A stretch of 64,000 nt of DNA from Bacteroidales bacterium (GTDB lineage: Bacteria > Bacteroidota > Bacteroidia > Bacteroidales > JAGONC01). The stretch lies in contig JAGLWB010000328.1 of the NCBI GenBank assembly GCA_023133655.1, positions 7,681-71,680 on the forward strand, in the 5' to 3' direction. Below the pieces are notes generated by a model. The model searched no databases and was not told the origin of the DNA. It was given only the letters and a program-made list of their open reading frames with translations. This document shows, in pieces, positions 45,812 through 53,788 of the stretch. A program made the position numbers and the translations under genes. The first letter of the stretch is position 1. Each line of letters begins with the position of its first letter.

Positions 45812-48800
45812 ATGGAATATCAATATCCTTTCCTAAACCGCAAATCAGAAATTGATGAATTAAAAGCTGCTTTTGCAGAAAAAATTATTAAAAATAAAAC
45901 TACCCTTGGATACATAATTCAAGGAAGAAAAAAAATTGGAAAATCCAGGTTAATTGAGGAGTTTCTTAATATTGTTGAGAATGATATTGAGATTCATTCT
46001 GATGTTCCCAATTTTACAAGGGATAAACATGTTATAAACTATATTTGTGATAAGGATATTATCAAGCCTTATTTGCCATTTATTAAAATTGCTGAAGAAA
46101 TTCGAAAAAAAAATAAACTCATCAATATTTCTATTAAATTTGTTCAACTGGGGCTTGCTATTTTTGGAATCAATGATGCTTTAAAAGCGTTAAAAGATTT
46201 GGTTGATAATATTCAAAGCGGGAAAAGTGAGAGAGTTTTGGATAAGAAAGAAGTTACAACCTTTAATCGATATAGAAATTTTATAAGGCGTAGGAGTAAA
46301 AAGGTACCCCTGATAATTTTCATTCAAAATATCCAGTGGATTGATAATTATTCTTTGAAACTAATTAAGAAGTTGGTATATGAAGAACACTCTATGTGGG
46401 GAATGATCATTCTTGAAGAAGACGAAGGCGAGATTGAAGAGGAGATCCAGAATGGGATTAACCAATTTAAGCTTGAGGGTAAATTTCAAAGGTTGGTTTT
46501 AACGTCACTTGATAAGAATTTCCCACAAAAATTATTAACACCACGATTCGGACCAGAATTTATTAATGGTGAAGAAAATGATATTCTTTATTCAATATCT
46601 GAAGGCTGCCCTGGTATTTTAATTGAATTCATTGACAGTTGTCTGAAGAATAACTGGATTTTTTTTAAAGATAACAAATGTTATAAGGCAGATGATTTTT
46701 TTGAAAAGATTAAACCTGCTTCTCAAAAATTGCTGGAGCTCATCATTTCATTATATGAGGACAGAGAATTATCAGCCGGGGAACTACGGCTGATTAAACA
46801 AATGTCAGTTATGTGGGGGGTTTCTGATAAAAGAGTATCTGATACAATTTATATGGTAAAAGATATCATGAATTCCAGGTATAAATTGATACAGGATTTA
46901 GGGCCCGGTATAATTAGCAGAAATTGTTTTTTGGCTTTGGATAAAGAAAATAACAGAATGATTATTGAATATATTAGGTCTATTGGCAAACCACATAAAA
47001 GATCATTTTACACCAGGGAGATTGAGCACCGATATTTATTAGAAGCCAAAGAAATAAAAATTTGTGATGAAGGTGTGATGGTGATTTGGAATTATTTTGA
47101 GGGCAAAAGAAGCAGGCAAATACGCATTAAAGCGTTTGAAACTCGTATCTTAGATGTTAAAAATAAGTTTCTTCAAATTTCACTCGGCTTGGCTGAATTG
47201 CATAGAAATGAAAGTATACATGGTTGCCTAAGGCCTGAATCGATAATTGAGAAGGCGGACGGTAATTTTCAATTAGCTTCCTTTGATTTTTCTGTATTAA
47301 ATGAGATAACAGATTTTTATCTTAACATAGATTCGGATAATATTTATTATTTGGCACCGGAAACATTAGACTGTAAGTTAATCGATGCAAGAAGTGACAT
47401 CTATTCATTAGGAGTTTTGTTTTATAAGTCACTGACTGATAAATTTCCATATCATGGAACTGATAAGTCTGAATTAATCAGTGCCATTAAAAATGGCAAA
47501 CTTCAATTCAGTGGATATTTGCATTCCTTAATTCCTGATGATGTAAGGTCAATTATTAAAAAAAGCTTAGATTTTGATCCTAACAAAAGATACAAGTCAG
47601 CTAAGGAATTCCATGAGGATTTGAAGAAGATAGAATTAAAAAAACCTGAACCAATCCAAGATCCGGTTAAACCCCCATCACCCAGGAAGAGGATTATTAA
47701 ATGGGCAGCCTTAATATTTATTCCAATTTTATTATTTGTTGGAATTTATTATCTGATTTTTTTTCGAGAATCAACATTTAAGAAAAGTATTACTGATAAA
47801 ATTACTTTTAATGTAGATGCTTTTTCCCAAAATGCAAATCCGGATAGAATTATTTCCAGTGATGTGTTAGAATACCTTTTAATTGATGATCTTATTCAGA
47901 GTAGTAATCTGGTTGTTCTTACACCTAAGGAATTTAAAAAAATACATCCAAGCAGTCTTAAAGAAAATTTTTTTCCAATTTTGGAAATATCTGCATCCAT
48001 AATTAATAGAGAATTTAATTATAAAATAAAACTGGAACTAAAGAACAACATTACGGGAAACTCACAAGATTCAAGTTTTAGTTTTAATGAACCATCGCAA
48101 TTATTGAAAGGTGGTATAAATTCAATTACCCGAAAAGTATTGAATCAAATGAACATTGCAAAGCTCAAGAATTCAACATTCACACAAGACTGGGATGCTT
48201 TTATTGATTTTTATGAAGGTGAGAAAGCCTGGTTAAGGTTAGATAAAACACTAGCTCACCGGAGTTTTACAAGTGCCATAAATATTGATCCAGCGTTTAT
48301 TTTATGTAAGCTCAGGTTAGCCGATATTTATCGTTTTGAAGGTAATAATTCAAAAGCCCTTGAAACTTTAAATACTGTTAAACCTGAACTTGGTTTGTTA
48401 AGTATTGCTGATTCACTTAAAGCTGTGGCACTTCAGAATATTTTAGAAGGGAATATTAGAAAAGCTATTGATAATTACAAAGCTCTAATTGAATTTTTAC
48501 CTGCCAGAAAAGATTCATATTATAACTTGGCTGAGGCGTATTTTCAACTGAGAGAAATCCTGAATGCAAAAGTAAACTATGAGCTTGCGTTATCCATTGA
48601 TCCAGAATTCACTCCAGCCATAAACCATTACGGTTATTGCTTTTCCCATTTGGGTGATCATCAGGAAGCACTCAGGCAATTCAGGCGTTACGTTGAACTT
48701 GATTCTTCAGCTAATTCTTTTGATAGTATGGGTGATGGATTTCTGGCAGCTGGAATACTTGATAGTGCGATCTGGGCAAAAAATGAAGGATTAAAGTTGG

Positions 48801-49534
48801 ATCCTGATTTAGAGTATTTATACAACAGTCTTGGATATATATATAGCAGAAGGGGGGAGTTTGATAAAGCAGAAGAGAATATTGATAATTTTATAAAACT
48901 ATCAAAAAATTACAATGAACTAATCGCAGAGGGCTTAGTTAATAAAAGCCTTGTTTATTTCAGGCAAGGCAAGGTTAACCAGGCATATGATACTTGTATG
49001 AAAGCAAAAGAATTGTATGATCCCAACGATCTGATTTCCAGGAATCATAAAATGCATTGGTTAATAGCTCAGATTTATTTTCAGAAGAGAGAGTTTGAAA
49101 ATGTTATCAGTAAGGTTGATGAGATGGAAGGTATTATTAACCACTTTGATGTAAATTTTGATAATTATCATGAAATCATAAAGTATTATCTGCATTTACA
49201 AGCTTTATTGGGCAGCCATAATTCAGATTTGGAGGTAATTAAAGAAAAGGCATCAATTTTTGATTTTGAGATCAAGGAGAAGGTAAAAGATTGGGGATCT
49301 CCATTTGATCTGGCTTTTTTTAATACAGAGTTTGCCAGAATATATATGTCTTTAGAAAATGATGATCTGGCAATAATAAGATTGAATAAAGCGCTAGCGT
49401 ATAATCCAAATTTTGCCCTGGCTCATTATTACCTGAGTAATATTTATGGAACAAGAGGGGATGATCAATTAGAAAAAAAACATTTAATTTCTTTTCGTAA
49501 TAACTGGCATGGAACCAGTCTTCAGTTTTATTAA
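45812..49534 (+). CDS. Multidomain membrane protein: N-terminal AAA_16/STAND-like P-loop domain, degenerate Ser/Thr-kinase-like domain (pseudokinase), one TM helix, TolB-N/FlgO-like segment, long TPR array
   Basis: 1240 aa. FLNRKSEIDEL..GRKKIGKSRL (Walker A, aa 38-45). LIIFIQNIQWID at the Walker-B position. Hanks-fold blocks (IHGCLRPES, DFS, YYLAPE, SDIYSLGVLFY, DP.KRY.SA.EF). TM helix ~aa 630-651. TPR consensus repeats from ~aa 790 to the end. Confidence 0.75.
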   Translation: MEYQYPFLNRKSEIDELKAAFAEKIIKNKTTLGYIIQGRKKIGKSRLIEEFLNIVENDIEIHSDVPNFTRDKHVINYICDKDIIKPYLPFIKIAEEIRKKNKLINISIKFVQLGLAIFGINDALKALKDLVDNIQSGKSERVLDKKEVTTFNRYRNFIRRRSKKVPLIIFIQNIQWIDNYSLKLIKKLVYEEHSMWGMIILEEDEGEIEEEIQNGINQFKLEGKFQRLVLTSLDKNFPQKLLTPRFGPEFINGEENDILYSISEGCPGILIEFIDSCLKNNWIFFKDNKCYKADDFFEKIKPASQKLLELIISLYEDRELSAGELRLIKQMSVMWGVSDKRVSDTIYMVKDIMNSRYKLIQDLGPGIISRNCFLALDKENNRMIIEYIRSIGKPHKRSFYTREIEHRYLLEAKEIKICDEGVMVIWNYFEGKRSRQIRIKAFETRILDVKNKFLQISLGLAELHRNESIHGCLRPESIIEKADGNFQLASFDFSVLNEITDFYLNIDSDNIYYLAPETLDCKLIDARSDIYSLGVLFYKSLTDKFPYHGTDKSELISAIKNGKLQFSGYLHSLIPDDVRSIIKKSLDFDPNKRYKSAKEFHEDLKKIELKKPEPIQDPVKPPSPRKRIIKWAALIFIPILLFVGIYYLIFFRESTFKKSITDKITFNVDAFSQNANPDRIISSDVLEYLLIDDLIQSSNLVVLTPKEFKKIHPSSLKENFFPILEISASIINREFNYKIKLELKNNITGNSQDSSFSFNEPSQLLKGGINSITRKVLNQMNIAKLKNSTFTQDWDAFIDFYEGEKAWLRLDKTLAHRSFTSAINIDPAFILCKLRLADIYRFEGNNSKALETLNTVKPELGLLSIADSLKAVALQNILEGNIRKAIDNYKALIEFLPARKDSYYNLAEAYFQLREILNAKVNYELALSIDPEFTPAINHYGYCFSHLGDHQEALRQFRRYVELDSSANSFDSMGDGFLAAGILDSAIWAKNEGLKLDPDLEYLYNSLGYIYSRRGEFDKAEENIDNFIKLSKNYNELIAEGLVNKSLVYFRQGKVNQAYDTCMKAKELYDPNDLISRNHKMHWLIAQIYFQKREFENVISKVDEMEGIINHFDVNFDNYHEIIKYYLHLQALLGSHNSDLEVIKEKASIFDFEIKEKVKDWGSPFDLAFFNTEFARIYMSLENDDLAIIRLNKALAYNPNFALAHYYLSNIYGTRGDDQLEKKHLISFRNNWHGTSLQFY

Positions 49535-49578
49535 GGATTTCACAAATTTATTCTGTACAATGTTGGAGTAGCAGAAAA

Positions 49579-51354
49579 TCAGAAATTATTTTTAAAATGA
49601 AACCGAAATATTGTCCATTTTCTAGGGGGCCGAACCAATTCCCGATCAAAAATTAAATCTCCCGGGGTGCGTGAGAATAAAGTATTTGTAATTTTTCTGA
49701 ATCTAAAGGAAGAAATACCGATGATTGCAACAATGGAAATCAATGTTAAGAAAAGTGGATACCCCCATTCGTAAAGGTTAAAATATCTTTCAAATTCAAG
49801 GCTTTCCCAAGAGAATAATTTCAGAAAGAAATAAACAACAAATGAATAACCTAATAAAGTGGCTATGACCAGGGCAAATAGAGTTGGGAATATGATATAA
49901 ACCATCATTAATGTTTTATAGATATCCTTGAGGCCTTTGGTCCCAAATGCCATTAAAGTCCCAATATTCATTTTAATAATATCGAAGTGGTTTTTGAATA
50001 TGTTTGTTACAAATGTTGTCACAGAGTATATACTTATAATTAAGAGAATAAAAGAGATTCCAATTGTCAATCGAATCACATAATTAAAATTTTTCTTGGC
50101 ATGTACCTGAGCGATATCTATTCTGGGGAAGTCAGAGTGTTTATTTTTGAAATAATTTGAGAAATCTTCTATTTTTGAAAGATCATTAAAATGAACAGAA
50201 ATTCGAGTAAGCGGAAAGTCCAAATACGTCATTTGTTCAGGTGATATTAAATTCGGTGTATATAATTGGACAAGGAGATCTTTAAATTCCTTTAAATCCT
50301 CATGCAATATTAATTTATGAAAAATCTCTTCTACATCTGAAAAATCAGGGCTCTTACCTGTCAGCCTTATGTTACATATAAATCCACCATAGGGCGAGTC
50401 ACTGTAATCATCCTTCTTGATAAGTCTAAACGGTGTTCTATATCCTCTTAATATTTCCTTTGAAGTACTGAAGATATCTTTGACTCTATTTATTATCGTA
50501 TCAGCAATGATTGTATCTGTTGTATTGATGTGAAATATTAAATCTTTTGTATGTATTGGATCGAAAGGAATAGGGCTCCCGTCTCCTCTACCGTAATAAA
50601 TGTTATAAAACATATACTCAGTGACCAAAAAATCGATCGATGTTTCAGAATCGTTTGGCAGATTCTCCACCACCGCCAATATTGGAACAGGTATGTCGGC
50701 ATATCTTTTATTCTTGGTCTTAAGTCTTATTTGAACAAACCTTGAATCTAAATTTAAGCCAATTTGATCAAGTAAATTTTCAGTAACAATGATGCCGCAG
50801 GAAGAAGGATCATCAAAGCTACTGTATTTATTTGATTTTAAATTATCTGAAGAAAGAATCGTACTTAAAATTGGATTATCAAGATCAATTGTCCTTCCAT
50901 CTGTTCGGTAAGGATTAGGTAGATCATTCTTATTCACAAAATATCTGGGAAATACTGAAAATCCAGTCAGGTTATTAATATTATATTGCTTTTTCAGAAT
51001 TGAATCAGGTTGGATTTCTTCAATTATCATATTAGCACTATCCTGTAAGTCATAAGGAACAATAATATTGGAGAAATTTACGAAAGGATCGTTCATTTTT
51101 TTATCGAGATACATAATGCTACCTCCAGAAAAACCAATTGCCAGAAAAGTAATTAGCAGTATCCATAATAAGACTCTGAAATTCTTGTATCTATTTTTTC
51201 GATCAAGCAATACGGATCCCTCATGTTCGAAAAAGAGTCTTTTAAATTCATTGTGATTGCCTGTATCCTTATTAAAAACCCTTTCATAAAACATACAAAG
51301 ACTTGTAAAAATATTTTGCGTGGATAAATAACTGTGTTTATCTTTTCGTGCCAT
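49579..51354 (-). CDS. MacB/FtsX-type (type VII) ABC transporter permease with large periplasmic domain
   Basis: 591 aa. TM1 ~aa 60-83, a ~340-aa extracytoplasmic domain (..GIIVTENLLDQIGL..IPVPILAVVENLP..), then 3 TM helices with the FtsX block KMNIGTLMAFGTKG. Lies 9 nt downstream of the ABC ATPase gene. Confidence 0.75.
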   Translation of the reverse strand: MARKDKHSYLSTQNIFTSLCMFYERVFNKDTGNHNEFKRLFFEHEGSVLLDRKNRYKNFRVLLWILLITFLAIGFSGGSIMYLDKKMNDPFVNFSNIIVPYDLQDSANMIIEEIQPDSILKKQYNINNLTGFSVFPRYFVNKNDLPNPYRTDGRTIDLDNPILSTILSSDNLKSNKYSSFDDPSSCGIIVTENLLDQIGLNLDSRFVQIRLKTKNKRYADIPVPILAVVENLPNDSETSIDFLVTEYMFYNIYYGRGDGSPIPFDPIHTKDLIFHINTTDTIIADTIINRVKDIFSTSKEILRGYRTPFRLIKKDDYSDSPYGGFICNIRLTGKSPDFSDVEEIFHKLILHEDLKEFKDLLVQLYTPNLISPEQMTYLDFPLTRISVHFNDLSKIEDFSNYFKNKHSDFPRIDIAQVHAKKNFNYVIRLTIGISFILLIISIYSVTTFVTNIFKNHFDIIKMNIGTLMAFGTKGLKDIYKTLMMVYIIFPTLFALVIATLLGYSFVVYFFLKLFSWESLEFERYFNLYEWGYPLFLTLISIVAIIGISSFRFRKITNTLFSRTPGDLIFDRELVRPPRKWTIFRFHFKNNF

Positions 51355-51363
51355 AGCTTCAGG

Positions 51364-53238
51364 TTATCTAAGATTAGTTCTCAATTCATGTTCCAATTCT
51401 TCATGGGTATATTCCTTTTTTGTAAGGCTTTTCCAGGTACTTTTCCTGGAAAGATCATGACCTTCTTCATCAAAAAGAAAATTTACAAAATCAAATAATT
51501 TTTTAGTTATTAAACCATTTTTTAAAAATTCAACATTTAATGAATCAATTAATTCATGAATTCTTATTATAAAGCCTTCCTTTAGGATAAAAGGCAATTT
51601 CTTTAAGATCTTTAAATTAATAAATGACGTGAAATCAGAGCTTGACTTTTCCATTGTTAAAGTTGCATCCATTTCTGCATTAGCTGTGATAAGTTCTAGT
51701 TTATCTAATAATGCAAAAATTTTTTTGTCATAATTATCCTCTTTGAAGTTTACTCCGTTTGGTTTTTTAATATCGATTGATTTAATAGCTTTGTCAATAT
51801 CCTGGAAAATAGGATAAAATATTTCATCATATATTTGACTAATTAATTTTTTTGTATCGGTTGATTGATATAGAGTATTTTGAATATTACTTTGATCAAG
51901 TTCTTTTAAGATTCCACTTATATCTTCAAAAAGTCTTTTACATATAGCGCTTATGGTTTTTTGAATCCCCTCTTCTACATTTAAATTATATGTCTGAACA
52001 AGATCATTAAAATAGAGTGTGATGTATTCAGAAAGGTTGAATTCATATGTTCCTTTTAAACGGTTGACAATTTCATGAATTTCTTCAGAGATATCATCTC
52101 TGGATTCGAAATTTTCGATTAAATAATTTATAATTGCTTTAGTATATATTATTGAAGTTATTTTTTTGAAAGTTATTAAGACGTTTTTATTCTTCTTTAT
52201 TATTTCATTAATTCGTTTAGATTTCATTTCATCCTTAAAGAGAGAATTTATTTCCTTTTTATAGTCACAGAAGACCCTTGTCTCGGTTACATCCTGTCTG
52301 AAGAGATTAATATGCTTTTTATCACAAAAAGATAAAATGTTTTCTTTGAAGGGATCAAACAGTTTGTGTGTTTCGCTTTTTGCATTAAGGCAATTATTGT
52401 TTGCTTTAAGTATATCTTCAGCTTCAACATTTTTATCCCTATCAAATATATTTTTTTTCTGTATCTCACCTAGTCCGTTGATCAGATTTTTATTCAACAA
52501 AATAATTCTGTCCGCAAAATACAATGCGAGATTGAGGTCGTGTGATACAATAATAGCCGACTTTTTATCATGATCGATATATTCTTTTAAAATGGACATC
52601 ACTTCAGTTGAATTCCTATGATCGAGATTTCCGGTAGGCTCGTCCCCGAATAAAATATTGAATTCAGGTACGATGGCACGGGCGAAAGCTATTCTTTGTC
52701 GTTCTCCACCGGAAATATTTTTGGGAGAAACTTCAATTGGCAGATGCCCTAATTCAAGATCAAGAAATATTATTAATGCTTTCATATATGAACACAGATA
52801 GGGAGAACCACCTCCCTTTACCATATCTGTAATACACACATTATCTATTGCTGAGAAATTGGGCATGAGATTTGTTTCCTGGAAAATAAAGCTCATATGG
52901 ACATTTCGAATATCTATACGTTCTGTAAAAATTTTGTCATTCCAGATTTCATCATTAATATAATCTTTAGTATACACTCCCCCTTTTGCTTCCGGCTGTT
53001 CAAACTTAATACTTGAAGATCCTTTGGGATTGGGTTGTATTGTGTTATTCATTATACCAAGGGTTTCAAGGAATGTACTTTTCCCTGATCCTGATGCTCC
53101 CACTATAATGGTGATCTTCTCCCTGGGTATTATTAATTCATCGATTTGATTATTGATATTCAGGACTTCTATGAATTTATTGTTTTGAGAATCTTTATAA
53201 TAACAATTCGATTGTTGAATACTGAATAATTTTTTCAT
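51364..53238 (-). CDS. ABC transporter ATP-binding protein with ~360-aa C-terminal extension of unknown fold
   Basis: 624 aa. Walker A GASGSGKST (aa 47-55), Q-loop FIFQE, signature ISGGERQRIAFARA, Walker B ILFGDEPTGNLD (D199/E200), H-loop IIVSHD. The ABC core ends near aa 262. I cannot assign aa 263-624 (nt 51364-52452) to any family; it looks helical and Lys/Glu/Ile-rich. Confidence 0.85.
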   Translation of the reverse strand: MKKLFSIQQSNCYYKDSQNNKFIEVLNINNQIDELIIPREKITIIVGASGSGKSTFLETLGIMNNTIQPNPKGSSSIKFEQPEAKGGVYTKDYINDEIWNDKIFTERIDIRNVHMSFIFQETNLMPNFSAIDNVCITDMVKGGGSPYLCSYMKALIIFLDLELGHLPIEVSPKNISGGERQRIAFARAIVPEFNILFGDEPTGNLDHRNSTEVMSILKEYIDHDKKSAIIVSHDLNLALYFADRIILLNKNLINGLGEIQKKNIFDRDKNVEAEDILKANNNCLNAKSETHKLFDPFKENILSFCDKKHINLFRQDVTETRVFCDYKKEINSLFKDEMKSKRINEIIKKNKNVLITFKKITSIIYTKAIINYLIENFESRDDISEEIHEIVNRLKGTYEFNLSEYITLYFNDLVQTYNLNVEEGIQKTISAICKRLFEDISGILKELDQSNIQNTLYQSTDTKKLISQIYDEIFYPIFQDIDKAIKSIDIKKPNGVNFKEDNYDKKIFALLDKLELITANAEMDATLTMEKSSSDFTSFINLKILKKLPFILKEGFIIRIHELIDSLNVEFLKNGLITKKLFDFVNFLFDEEGHDLSRKSTWKSLTKKEYTHEELEHELRTNLR

Positions 53239-53247
53239 AGTTTTCTA

Positions 53248-53680
53248 TTAGTTACATTTCTGGTTATAACACGGGAAATAATACAAAGGTACCCAAAAAA
53301 CACCGAATGTCGTGAACATTCTTGTTCCATATTCTTCAAATGGATAAATAGCTCTAAGTTTTTGAAGTTTCTGGTATGATTGTCTAACTTCTTTTCTAAA
53401 TTCAGTTAAATTGGGCAATCCATTATTCCTGTGTGTAGTATTACATCGGTTTGGGTCTAAAATATCGCCAACTGTCAAATTACAAATTTTTGAACATTCA
53501 GTTAACTTGGAATCAGTTATGTTGGCTATTAAATAACACATTTTGCATATTTTAATATCATCTGGATTTACAGGTTTATCTCCAGAAAATATTAATGGTT
53601 ATATATTTGTTCAGGATTGGTAATTGATTCACCATTAATTTTTCTGGGTGTTTTCAGAAATTCCTGACAAGAAGAATTTC
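53248..53680 (-). pseudogene. Decayed partial duplicate of the 3' end of the upstream 844-aa gene; the last 97 codons remain an intact ATG-initiated ORF (53248-53541)
   Basis: The ORF 53248-53541 aligns with aa 762-844 of ORF 53789-56323 at about 58/83 identical residues by hand alignment, with all five Cys conserved. In-frame homology continues upstream of the ATG (PLIFSGDKPVNPDDIKIC vs ALIYSGDQTVNPDDLTIC) to a TAA. Further upstream, homology (LSGISENTQKN vs FRGVSENTLRN) is in another frame and carries stops. Confidence 0.65.
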
Positions 53681-53788
53681 CAACAAAAAATACACTACAA
53701 ATTAGAAAATGTAGTATAACGTATAGAGGAAAGGGTTTCAAAATATGTGATTTAGTCTACAAGCTTTTATATAATAAAATTAGTTTCG

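Noticed and set aside
46877-47632. Annotating the central domain of ORF 45812-49534 as an active Ser/Thr protein kinase.
   Set aside because: The catalytic HRD Asp (Cys472), the catalytic-loop Asn (Ser), the beta3 Lys (Glu) and the Gly-loop are all non-canonical in the sequence, so only the fold, not the activity, is supported.
51364-53238. Whether the long-tailed ABC ATPase is a soluble defence-type ABC/SMC-like ATPase (OLD/Gabija/PARIS/Septu-like) rather than a transporter subunit.
   Set aside because: It has the transporter-type signature LSGGQ variant ISGGERQRIAFARA with normal spacing. It sits 9 nt upstream of a 4-TM FtsX permease, and I see no nuclease (TOPRIM/HNH/PD-(D/E)xK) motif in the tail. 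A defence role for the whole locus is not excluded, but this specific classification is unsupported.
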